A DNA stretch of 34,686 nucleotides from Chiloscyllium plagiosum. Its lineage: Eukaryota. The stretch spans positions 15,431,407 to 15,466,092 of the forward strand of contig NC_057718.1 in NCBI RefSeq assembly GCF_004010195.1, written 5' to 3'. The notes beneath the pieces were generated by a model. The model made no database searches. It was not told the DNA's origin and was given only the letters and a program-made list of their open reading frames with translations. Numbering within the stretch: the stretch's first letter is position 1; every line of letters begins with the position of its first letter. A program made the position numbers and the translations under genes. Below, piece by piece: positions 22,655-33,505 of the stretch.

Positions 22655-24401
22655 ATATCTTTCAGGGAAAGAAAACTGACCAAGGCCAAATTTGTACATT
22701 TTGTGACCCCATTGTACATAGTTACAATTTCAAGCTTTATATCCCTCCTTAACAACCTGACAAGCAAAAGAATCAATTGGCAAACCAGCTACAGCCATAG
22801 GCCAGAGTTTGCTGCCATTGCTTTGAAAACATTTGCTAAATGTGAAGGAATTTGAAAGTAATGAGTGTTAGTACTTATGTTCTGTCATCACAAATACTGC
22901 CGAAATATACAGCCAACTTGAGATCAACAGTTTGAGGCATTCATTGCTGAAGAATGCAGTGCTTTGATGAGTCTGTTTTGGACTGTGTTCAGTTCTCGTC
23001 AGTACAGCAGAGGGAAATTGTGAATACCCTGAAACAATATAGTAGGGCCATAAAACTGATGTGACTCCAAGGGATAGCTTAGAAATGAAACTTAGCTGAT
23101 GGTAAACTTTGAAGAAGAACCTTGAGAAGAAGTGGAATATGCTTAACACTTGATTTTAATGGCTGTCAAATGGTAGAAATTCAGAATTTAACTGCTGGGC
23201 AGCTCCATATTCACAATTATCAATAACTAGGATGGTCTGAATGGCTGGCAAACTACTGGAATCATGTGTTAGATAATGAGGGGGCTCATTTTTATGGAAG
23301 GATGACAAAAGAAATGAAATACAATCAAATTAAAATCACGATTGATTTCATTAATAGACTCATTTAATCATGTGGTTTTCATCAGCTTTGGCAATGAAGA
23401 GATGTTGAGAGGTTCACAATTCATTTTTCATTTATTTGCAATTAAATAGGATACTGCAAAACAGTGAACATTTTCTGAATCGTACACTAGCACTATTAAA
23501 CTCCTCTACATAAGTTGACACCTCTGCAAAACTTGCTAATATTTCTGGATGAATGTATAGTAGCAAATATATAATTTGGAGCTTGAATCCTTGGTACAAT
23601 TCAGTAATCATTTTGGAAAATGAACTGATCCTGGTCCTACGAATGAGGCACTGACAACATTTTAGATTGTAGAAGTTGGCGGCAGGAGGACTGAAGTAAT
23701 TCTGCAATTGATAACATACATTAAAATTTGTCTCCATGAACAGTTAAACTGACCTTGGTAATATGGAGTGCCGACATGAGTAGAATGAACACTTACGACA
23801 TCCAAATTAATAAAACCATGAAACAGCTGCAACGAAGTGCATGGTTTTATGTAATAAAATTTCTGAAAAGTTAGAGACCAATTTAGTTATAATACAAATT
23901 ATTCTTAATCCATGTCAGTTATTGAACCCAAGTTTTGCTCTTCAGTCATAACCTCAGTAAGAAAGGTAGACAAATGGGAGAGATATTGATCTTTCAGAAT
24001 TAATTACTGCTTATGAATTTAAAGGGAGTTACTGTAATTCATATCTGCTCTTGTGAGCTGAACTCTATCCTCAGTAATCAACTTGATTAATATTCACATT
24101 ATTCAGGTCATGTATCCAACTTTCTGGAAAGGCAAAGGTTTGGAATGAAACAAATACTCACCCCAAATTCTAGAGTTTTAAGTCATGAACATTTACCATA
24201 CAGTATTTACAAGTTCTTAACGGAAGTGGAGCAAATACAGAGTCTGCTTTCTGCCAGAGTTAATTATTGCAACATGAAGTAAAATTTATATACTTTGTCA
24301 TCTTAGATGAGATCAGATCTCATTTTGGATGAACGGGTTTCTACACTCTACAATCTGATTTCAATAAAAAATAAAAATTGAATGCTGTTACAAATTTTAC
24401 A

Positions 24402-24407
24402 TTTATT
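24402..24407 (-). terminator. Candidate polyadenylation signal of the TMEM179-like gene
   Basis: Minus-strand AATAAA ~610 nt after the stop, followed by a U-rich tract (+ strand aataaaaaataaaaa at ~24363-24377). An alternative lies at 23431-23436. Confidence 0.5.
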
Positions 24408-25015
24408 ATGCAACACTGATTATTCTTCATGGGATCACCAGTTTTTCCAGATTACCTCAGCTATTTCCAGCTATGTCCATAAATTCCAACCTCAAAAACT
24501 ACTGACAAACTGTTTAAGTAATTGATCTTTAAAAACAATCCTCACAGTAACAAATTAGCAATGACTATAGCATGCACATGTCAAACTAAGTGGTAACTGA
24601 AAATTCAAATTGTTCTACATACATTGTAATAGTCTGCATTATGTTTTTATGCTGCGTATCCATAACTTTAGACACTTATGGGGTCTCAATTACAGTTGGT
24701 TCCTATAACAATTATCCACTGCCATAAACTACAAGTTAACAGAAAACAACACCATTCTCATTTACTAAACATAGAAGAAATTGTTCAAATAATTACTTGG
24801 AATTCAGAATGAGCAAGTTATGTGTTAAGCAAATTTTCCATTTACTGAGTAGGAATACAACAAATAGTGAATTTTGTACAGGGTTAAACCAAGATGGACG
24901 ATCTTCAGGTCAGGGGATGCAGGTTGGATAAGTAATAAATCACGACATTTTATAGAACAATCATATGTTGATCCCATTTTTCATATAATGTATTTCAATG
25001 AGTAATAAAAGATGA

Positions 25016-25186
25016 TTAGATGAACACACTGCCCATTTGTTCACGGAAATATTTTTGCGATTGCTGGTTTAGAAGAGTTTCTTTGTATTGTACAGAAAAG
25101 TCATCTTTACTGCGACAATGAGAAACTTTCAAGAAAGCAAGTATTGCTATTACAATCCACACTATCCAAGCACACCACAGGCCAAA
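25016..25186 (-). CDS. TMEM179-like membrane protein, terminal coding exon
   Basis: Acceptor ctatttttaattccag. FGLWCAWIVWIVIAILAFLKVSHCRSKDDFSVQYKETLLNQQSQKYFREQMGSVFI* resembles recalled TMEM179 FGLWASWLAW...LAFLKV. Phase 0. Confidence 0.88.
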   Translation of the reverse strand, partial: FGLWCAWIVWIVIAILAFLKVSHCRSKDDFSVQYKETLLNQQSQKYFREQMGSVFI

Positions 25187-25282
25187 CTGGAATTAAAAAT
25201 AGGAATCAGATGGTTACCAGTTAATTCTCATCAATTTCTTTAGCAGTCATGTTTAATGAAATTATTAAAGTACAAAGTTCAC

Positions 25283-25361
25283 CTGTGCAGTACCAAAGTG
25301 GTCATAGAACAAAGTAGGAACCGCATTCAGATTAAGAGATTCTTCCTGGGCATCTCTGCAG
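25283..25361 (-). CDS. TMEM179-like membrane protein, penultimate exon (79 nt)
   Basis: Acceptor tattgttgcag and donor CAG|gtgaac. (S)CRDAQEESLNLNAVPTLFYDHFGTAQ resembles TMEM179 SCEELQ...FYDQFAIAQ. Phases 2/0 fit both neighbours. Confidence 0.88.
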
Positions 25362-25524
25362 CTGCAACAATATAAATTGAACATGAACTAGCTCCAGGAG
25401 AGAGATAAAAGCATTCAATTAAAAAAAAAATTCATATTCACAACCTAGTACTGACCTAAACTACAGTTAAGTTCCCACTTTTCTTTTTTGGTCTTTTGTT
25501 TGACTTGGGCCAGCTTTTAAATGT

Positions 25525-25945
25525 AGGACCACAAGATATAGATGCAGTATTAATTCATTTAGCCCACTAAGTCTGCTCCACTGATGTTTCTCAATCCCAT
25601 TCTCCCCATAACTTTTAACCCCTTACTAATCAAGAACCTATTCCACCCCAGTCTTAAATGCACAATGACTCCACCTCTATGGCAATATGTTCCATGGATT
25701 CACCACTGACTGAAGAAATTCCTCATCAGTTCTAAGGTCTCATTCCTTCACTGAGGCTGTGCCCATGGGTCCCATTCTCTGCAAATAGTGGAAACATCTT
25801 AGCCTCCACCATCTATCTAGGTCTCTTCATGTTCTAAGTTTCAATGAGAATCCCACCTCATCCTTCTAAACTGAGTACAGACCCAGAGTCCTCAAATGCT
25901 CCTTATGACAAGCCCTTCATCCCCAAGATCATTCTTGTGAACTTC
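25525..25945 (-). mobile_element. Decayed CR1 3' fragment
   Basis: Reverse complement resembles the CR1 end at ~3160-3600. Confidence 0.75.
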
Positions 25946-25982
25946 AAATCAGAACATTTGGAAAAGGAACTTTAATTGCTTA

Positions 25983-28676
25983 AGAGCAGGGACAGGAATG
26001 GTTGTTGCAGGTTCCAGGATTTAGAGGTTTCCAGTAAGAACAGAGAAGATGCTAAAAGAAGGGGAGGTGTGGCATTGTTGGTCAAGGACAGTATTACAGT
26101 TGCAGAAAGGATGTTTGGGGACTCGTCAACTGAGGTAGTATGGGCTGAGGTTAGAAACAGGAAAGGAGAGGTCATCCTGTTGGGAGTTTTCTATAGGCCT
26201 CTGAATAGTTCCAGAGATGTAGAGGAAAGGATAGCAAAGATGATTCTCTGTATGAGTGAGAGAGACAGGGTAGTTGTCATGGGGGACTTCAACTTTCCAA
26301 ATATTGACTGGGAACATGATAGTACGAGTACTATACATGGGTCAGTTTTTGTCCAGTGTGCGCAGGAGGGCTTCCTGACACAGTATGTAGACAGGCTAAC
26401 AAGGGGCGAAGCCACATTAGATTTGGTACTGGGTAATGAGCCCGGCCAGGTGTTAGAGTTGGAAGTAGGTGAGCACTTTGGTGATACCAATCACAATTCT
26501 TTTATGTTTACTTTAGTGATAGAAAGGGATAGGTGTATACCATTGGGCAAGGCAATTATGATCCAATTAGGCAAGATTCAGGAAGCATAGGATGGGAACA
26601 GAAACTGCAGGGGATGGACACATTAGAAATGTGTAGCTTATTCAAGGAAAAGTTCCCGAGTATCCTAGATAAGTATGTACCTGGCAGGCAGGAAGGAAGC
26701 TGTAGAGCGCAGGAGCCGTGGTTTACAAAGGAAGTGGAATCTCTGGTCAAGAGGAAGGTGGCGGCTTATGTTAACGAGATGTGAACGGTCAATTAGGTAC
26801 TTGAGGGTTACAAGGTAGCCAGGAAAAACCTAAAGAGTTCAGAAGAGCGAGGAGGAGACATGAGAAGTTGTTGGCGGATAGGATCAGGGTAAACCCTAAG
26901 GCTTTCTATAGGTATTTAAGGAATAAAAGAATGACAAGAGTAAGATTAGGGCCAATCAAGGATAGTAGTGGGAAGTTGTGTGTGGAGTCAGAGGAGATAG
27001 GGGAAGCACTAAATGAATATTTTGCGACAGTATTCACCCTAGAAAACGACAATGTTGTCGGGGAAAATACTGAGATACAGGCTACTAGACTAGGTGGATT
27101 GAGGTTCACAAGGAAGAGGTATTAGAAATCCTGCAGAGTGTGAAAATAGATAAGTCCCCTGGGCCAGATGGAATTTATCCTAGGATCCTCTGGGAAGCCA
27201 GGGAGGACATTGCCAAGTCTTTGGCATTGATCTTTAAATTGTCATTGTCTACAGGAATAGTGCCAGAAGACTGGAGGATAGCAAATGTGGTTCCCCTGTC
27301 TAAGAAGGGGAGTAGAGACAACCCTGATAATTAGAGACCAGTGAGCCTTACTTCAATTGTTGGTAAAGTGTTGGAAAAGGTTATAAGAGTTAGGATTTAT
27401 AATCATCTAGAAAAGAATAATCTGATTAGGGATAGTCAGCATGGTTTTGTGAAGGGTAGGTCATGCCTCTCAAACCTTATTGAGTTCTTTGAGAAGGTGA
27501 CCAAACAGGTAGATGAGAGTAAACCGGTTGATGTGGTGTATATGGATTTCAGCAAGGCATTCGATAAGGTTCCCCACAGTAGGCTATTGTAAAAAATGCG
27601 GAGGAATGGGATTGCGGGAGACATAGCAGTTTGAAACAGTAATTGGCTTGCTGAAACAAGACAGAGGGTGGTGGTTGATGGGAAATGTTCATCCTGGAAT
27701 CCAGTTACTAGTGGTGTACCGCAAGGGTCAGTGTTGGGTCCACTGCTGTTCGTCATTTTTATAAACTACCTGGATGAGGGCGTAGGAGGTGGGTTAGTAA
27801 ATTTGCAGACGACACTAATGTCAGTGGAGTTGTGGATAGTGACGAAGGCTGTTGTAGGTTAGAGAGACAGATAAGCTGCAGAGCTGGGCGGAGGGGTAGC
27901 AAACGGAGTTTAATGCGGTCAAATGTGAGGTGATTCACTTTGGTCGGAGTAATCGGAATGCAAAGTACTGGGCTAATGGTAAGATTCTTGGTAGTGTAGA
28001 TGAGCAGAGAGATCTCGGTGTACAAGTACACAGATCCTTGAAAGTTGCCACCCAGGTTGACAGGGGTGTTAAGGAGGCATAGTGTTTTAGCTTTTATTAA
28101 TAGAGGGATCGAGTTTCGGAACCATGAGGTTATGCTACAGCTGTACAAAACTCTGGTGCGGCCTCACTTGGAGTATTGTGTACAGTTCTGGTCACCACAT
28201 TATAAGGAGGACATGGAAGCTTTGGAAAGGGTGCAGAGGAGATTTACTAGGATGTTGCCTGGTATGGAGGGAAGGTCTTATGAGGACAGGTTGAGAGACT
28301 TCAGGTTGTTTCGTTAGAGAGAAGAAGGTTGAGAGGTGACTTAATAGAGACATATAAGATAAACAGAGGCTTAGATAGGGTGGACAGGGAGAGCCTTTTT
28401 CCAAGAATGGTGTCGGCAAGCACAAGGGGGCTTAGCTTTAAATTGAGGGGTGATAGATATAGGACAAATGTCAGAGGTAGTTTCTTTACTCAGAGTAGTA
28501 AGGGTATGGAATGCTTTGGCTGCAACGGTAGTAAATTCGCCAACTTTAAGTCGTCATTGAACAAGCACATGGACATACATGGAATATTGTAGGTTAGATG
28601 GGCTTCAGATTGGTGTGACAGGTCGGCGCAACATCAAGGGCCGAAGGGCCTGTACTGCGCTGTAATGTTCTATGCT
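25983..28676 (+). mobile_element. ~2.7-kb 5'-truncated CR1 LINE ORF2 (EN and RT) with stops and frameshifts, plus 3' tail
   Basis: GGVALLV, MGDFNFPNIDW, LDLVL (APE EN). [35 protein letters not shown] (~27799-27816), VRPHLEYCVQFWSP. Tail ctgtaatgttctatg. Confidence 0.95.
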
Positions 28677-29300
28677 TCTAATTTCTCCAAAATGAGAACA
28701 GGGCCAAACTAGAATTCTTCCACAAGAATAAACATTGTCATCTGAAATGTAGTTAGTGGACTGGCTGCATGCATTAAGTATACACTGACTTTTAGTTTGT
28801 TGTATTGGCTTTTTTTTTGTGGATTTGAGTTTGAAGATTTGAATTTAGATATTTTTAAAAACTATATGTAGAACTTTGTTTTCCCCAACAAGACATTTCT
28901 TGGAGAAAACACTATTCTTGGTCTTGGTTGCCTGAACACTCTTCAGGGAAAACAACTGTTTTTACAACTGGGTTTTACAACTGTTCTGTTTGAGAAGTGT
29001 TTTTCAGGTGTGAATGTGGTTTTAGTCCCAAGTGAATCTCTGCAAAGTTTCACAATGTGAGAGATTTGGATTATTCAGAGGGACAAAAAAGATTTGTGAT
29101 TTTATATTACAAACCAAGCATCACAAGTTGTACACATTTATACTTGATCTCTCAAGCAGTCGTGAGAATTCAATATCACATTTAGTCTTCAGGTGAAAAG
29201 GGGTTAGAAAAAAATAAAAAATTTTGAATTTAATTCCCACTTTAAATACATCATTCATTCTGTCGTTCTGCTTATAAATTCCCATCAGTATCCCTCATAC

Positions 29301-29438
29301 CTGATGGTTATGTTACCCTTGTTTGTGACTGAGTTGCACCATATATTAAGGCCATCACTCACTGTGGCACTGGCAACCAGCATCAGCAAAGCAATGGTGC
29401 AGCTAAGAAGCATGCTTACAAATTCTGAAAAGAGTGAT
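29301..29438 (-). CDS. TMEM179-like membrane protein, internal exon (138 nt)
   Basis: Acceptor tttttttaatttcttttatag and donor CAG|gtatga. SLFSEFVSMLLSCTIALLMLVASATVSDGLNIWCNSVTNKGNITI(S): a TM helix followed by G..WC...T.KG, as in recalled TMEM179. Phases 2/2. Confidence 0.88.
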
Positions 29439-29591
29439 CTATAAAAGAAATTAAAAAAAGAGTCACTAATTAAAAGATGACATACATATCAATTCTTACA
29501 TAAGATACACAAAGCTTTATGAAATGGTTAAATTATTACACATTGGGTAGCTGTAATAAAACAGATCTAAATGAAAAAAAAATGAGGATTA

Positions 29592-30105
29592 ATGACACTG
29601 GATATTGTCTTCATTGATTTCAGTAATGCATTTGATAAGGTCCCACATGGCAGACTAGTAAGAAAAGTAAAAGCCCATGGAATACAGAGGAATGTGACAA
29701 GTTGTATTCAACATTCTCTAGGACTCAGTATTGGATTCCTTGTGGTATATATTAACAATTTGGACTTTAATAGGGAAATTTGCAGATGACGAAAATTAGT
29801 CAGGTAGTTAATAGTGAAAATGATAGCTGTCAACTCCAGACTGACAACGGTTTGAATTCCACTAGCCACTTTTCCACTCAATCATGAGAAATGGGTGATA
29901 ATACACTTGCAAAGGTAAAACAAAGGAAATGCACAATAAAAGAGAGGGTAATGAGAGGAGTAGTGAAAGTGGAGCGTATGTTAAGAGGTCCTTGAAGGTA
30001 GCAAGACAGGTCAAAAATATAGTGAAGAAAGCAAATGAAATGTTTTCCTTCCTTGGAAAAGATATGGAATAAAAAAGATGGGAGTAATGCTGAAACTGAA
30101 CAATT
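29592..30105 (+). mobile_element. Old CR1 RT remnant with internal deletions
   Basis: DIVFIDFSNAFDKVPHGRLVRKVKAHGI, YINNLD and KFADD motifs. Confidence 0.8.
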
Positions 30106-30197
30106 CCTTGTCTCCATTACTTCAGTCATTATTTAACCTTCAAGATTTAACTTCTGTGTTTCCTAATAGTAATCATGGGAATTTTTCAAAATCCTTT

Positions 30198-30596
30198 CCC
30201 ATGTCGTGTCAGCATGGGTTTCCTCCAGGTGCTCCAGTTTCCTCCAGAGCCCAAACATGTAGGTTAGGTGAACTGGCCGCGCTAAATTGTCCACTGTCTT
30301 CAAGGATGTGTAGGTTAGATACATTAGTCAGGGGAAATGTAGAGCAAAAGGGAAGAAGAATGGCAAAAGTGAGGACTGCAGATGCTGGAAATCAGTCTAG
30401 ATTAGAGTGGTGCTGGAAAAGTACAGCCAGTCAGGCAGCTTCCAAGGAGAAGGAAAATCAGTCCTGAAGGGCTTTTGCCCGAAACGTTGATTTTCCTGCT
30501 CAGAGGGTAGAGGAATGGGTCTGGGTGGGTTACTTGGAGGGTTGGTGTGGACTTGTTGGGCCAAATGGCCTGTTTCCACACGGTAGGGATTTTATC
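30198..30596 (+). mobile_element. 5'-truncated HE1-like V-SINE interrupted by a PLE insert
   Basis: V-domain tgggtttcctccaggtgctccagtttcctcc and a tail like that of the 14536-14888 copy. Confidence 0.85.
30364..30503. mobile_element. 140-bp fold-back Penelope-like pLTR insert with a partial hammerhead motif
   Basis: Terminus aaagtgaggactgcagatgctgg. Inverted aggaaaatca / tgattttcct around tgaagggcttttgcccgaaacgtt. TSD 30349-30363 / 30504-30518 (13/15 match). Confidence 0.75.
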
Positions 30597-32526
30597 ATTT
30601 TAAGTACTTGTTTTTTTTTAATCCACAATTTACTTCTGCTAATTAAGTGTACTGGCAACATTTTAATGTTTCCTCTTCTGACAAAGAAGTTTCAAATATA
30701 TAGTCTGACAAATTTGACGATTATCGAACATTTGATAAGTTAATCTTTTCTTGGCTAAAAATAAAATTGGTGTCACTAGCACTCACCGTTATTTCTTTAA
30801 TCTATAATGCAATATCTCCTTTAATCAATTAGTTTTTAAAGCTCAAATTAACATTAGCTTATAAAACTGCTAATATTAAAGTGCATTTTACTGTTGCTAT
30901 TATCGATGTATTATCATTGGAAACAAATTCTTTACATTCCCTGTTCTTGCTATTTTCTTCAAAAGAATGGACTGTAAATTGTTTTCCTCATCTGACCCTC
31001 ACTGGAATTAAATTCCAAGCTAGTGGATTTGTAGGTCTATGGAAGATAGTGGAATTCTTTCTAACCACTATTCACTGCTGAAATTTGACCTGGTTATTCT
31101 GACAATCATTTTGGTCTGCCTGTAAACAAGTTACTCGTTTTGACAATTTCTAAAACTTGATTACTACTGACATGAAATCATCTACAAGAGAAGAAGAACT
31201 GGGTTATCTTATACTTTCCCCAATGAAAATCCTCAATTAACCTAATTATTCATCTTGACTTCACAGTAACTGCTAAATGTAATAAGCCATCATTAAAATG
31301 TATTCAAATTAAGAGATCATGGCAAAAGTAATGTCATCTGTTGAACAATTCAATGATTTAGCTACAATTCTGACATATCTGCTGTTTGTGGTAATCAGTC
31401 TTTGTTCACTTTTGGTTACATGATCAGAAGCAGAAACAATCCTAACAAAAAAAAAATGCCCAACCTTGCAGTTCCTTGACACAAAAATAGTTTAAAATAA
31501 TTATGCCAAAAGTAGGAACACCCTACTCCAGCAAGTAGTTAGAAGCAAGCAAAATGGCTTTGTACTGAACACTGATACAAAAGCAGAGAGTGTTCAATTT
31601 GATTACACTGAAATTCAGAAACAGACTTGCAGCATAATTGAGCTTTTTCAATATTAATGCTCCAGGTTAACCTCTTCCCAACTCTGATGAATCAGCATAT
31701 CATTTTGTTATTTTCTTCTTTGTATTTATAACTCACCCTTGAAAGGCATCTGCACTAATCACCCCAACATCTTTAATGTTAGAGTGATCCATATTCTGAT
31801 GGAAAAAAGGTGTTTTTTTTCCACAACTGCGTTAATGATGTTTTAGTTGTCATCTTTAAAAGATGACCCTTCAATCTGGTCTTTGATAAATGGGAGTAAC
31901 ATCTGTATGTCTACACTATGAAGCCTTTCTAAATTCCTCCAGAGTCTTTGATGTTATTTACAACTGCAAGAATGAAGAATGAATGAATGCAAAATAAAAC
32001 AAAGTGTTTAAAGCTCATCCTCAAAGGCTTTCTTTCTATACATGTTCCAATCTCTATGTCCTTTTACAACTTACTAGTTTACTCAAAAGTCATCATTTAG
32101 CAAATTGCCATTCCCTCAAATCTAACCGAATGCTAACCAGAACCAAAAAGTGAGTTCTGATGAAAAGCTGAAGTTCTCTTCCACACATGCTTCCAGCATT
32201 TTGTTTTTTCTAAAATGCAAGTAAAAATGTCAGATGATATCCTGATATAACAATGTTTAGTCCACTGAATTAAAGGGCACATAATAAATTACACTATGCA
32301 TTATTTACGAATAGTCAAGGTAAGCAAATTCAATTGGGGAAATTAGAATTTATTGACATATGCTACAGTATTCATCAAGCTTAGTTCCCCATTTCCAGTC
32401 ACAAGTAAGATTTCAAAGTTTTTTTAAATTGCCAAGAAAATTCAAAACAAATTTGAATATTCAGGCACAAGCTTTATCATTCCTATATATATTTCCTCAA
32501 CAAAACCAAACTTAGCTCAGTCAGAA

Positions 32527-32623
32527 ACACTAACAAATTGCTGGAAAAACTTAAGTCTGACAGCATTGGTGGACAAAAATCAGAGTTAATATTTTGGGTC
32601 AGGTGACCCTTCCTCAGAACTGC
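32527..32623 (-). mobile_element. 97-bp Penelope-like pLTR insert with a decayed hammerhead motif
   Basis: Perfect 14-bp TSD tagctcagtcagaa 32513-32526 / 32624-32637. Minus CUGAGGA-A-GGGUCA-CC-UGACCC-AAAA (the G of GAAA is lost). Confidence 0.8.
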
Positions 32624-32659
32624 TAGCTCAGTCAGAACTCCCTCTGCCTTGATCATACG

Positions 32660-33065
32660 AACCATATGAAGAGAGGTTGAGTAGGTTAGGTTTATTTTCA
32701 TTAGAAAAAAGGAGATTGAGGGGGATCTAATTGAGATTTAAAAAATCATGAAGGGTAGAGACAGGGTAGTTAGAGAAGCTTTTTCCCAGGGTGAAGGATT
32801 CCATAACGAGAGGTCACACTTTCAAGGCGAGAAGTGGAAGATTTAAGGGGGATACACTCGGCAAGTACTTCAGAGGGTGGTGGGCATCTAGAACGCGTTG
32901 CCAGTGGAGGTGGTAGAGGCAGGCACGGTAGATTCATTTAAGATTCGACTGGACAGATGCACGAGTAGGTGGGGAGCAGAGGGATACGATGCTTAGGAAT
33001 TGACCGACATGTTTAGACAGTAAGTTTGGATTGGCTCAGGCTTGGAGGGTAAAGGCCTGTTTCCA
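32660..33065 (+). mobile_element. CR1 3' fragment
   Basis: YEERLSRLGLFSLEKRRLRGDLIEI followed by a CR1 3' UTR. Confidence 0.85.
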
Positions 33066-33089
33066 GCAACTGCAGTTTTGTTTTGTGTT

Positions 33090-33505
33090 TTTGCCTCCAC
33101 AGCTCTGTCTCAAGGAATTCCAGAGACAACAAGAAATTCCTCCTTATCCCAGTCTTAAATTGGCACTCCTTAATTCTGAGATTATACCCTCTAGTCCTAG
33201 ATTCTCCCATGGGGAGAACATCCTCAGCATTTAACCTGTCCTGATCCTTAAGGATCCTTTATGTTTCAATTCGATCACTTCTCGTTCTTCTAAATTCCAG
33301 CAGGTACAGTCCCAGCTTGTTTAGTCTTTTCTCATAAGACAATCCCTCCATACCAGGTATCATCCTGGTGAATCTCCTCTGCCTCCAGTGATATATCTTC
33401 CCTTAAATAAGGAGACCAAAACTGCTCTCAATACTGCATATGTGGTCTCACCAGCACCCTGTACAGTTGGAATAACACTTCCTTACTCTCATAACCCAAT
33501 CCACT
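33090..33505 (-). mobile_element. CR1 fragment
   Basis: Minus frame MGESRTRGYNLRIKECQFKTGIRRNF. Confidence 0.8.

Noticed and set aside
25283..25361. AVPTLF as a THAP-domain AVPTIF box
   Set aside because: No C2CH zinc ligands, and the exon splices in frame into a TMEM179-like protein.
25976..28592. ORF cluster as an active LINE or a host gene
   Set aside because: Fragments of one CR1 ORF2 broken by stops and frameshifts, 5'-truncated, with no convincing TSD.
30787..30801. 15-nt minus-strand microexon candidate (tag|ATTAAAGAAATAACG|gtgagt)
   Set aside because: Weak pyrimidine tract, and in the phase required by the 29438 exon it reads into TAA. No support.
31310..31460. Minus-strand acceptor (T-run then gttag) followed by ~43 open codons
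   Set aside because: No good donor and no resemblance to TMEM179 exon 1 or any protein I recognise.
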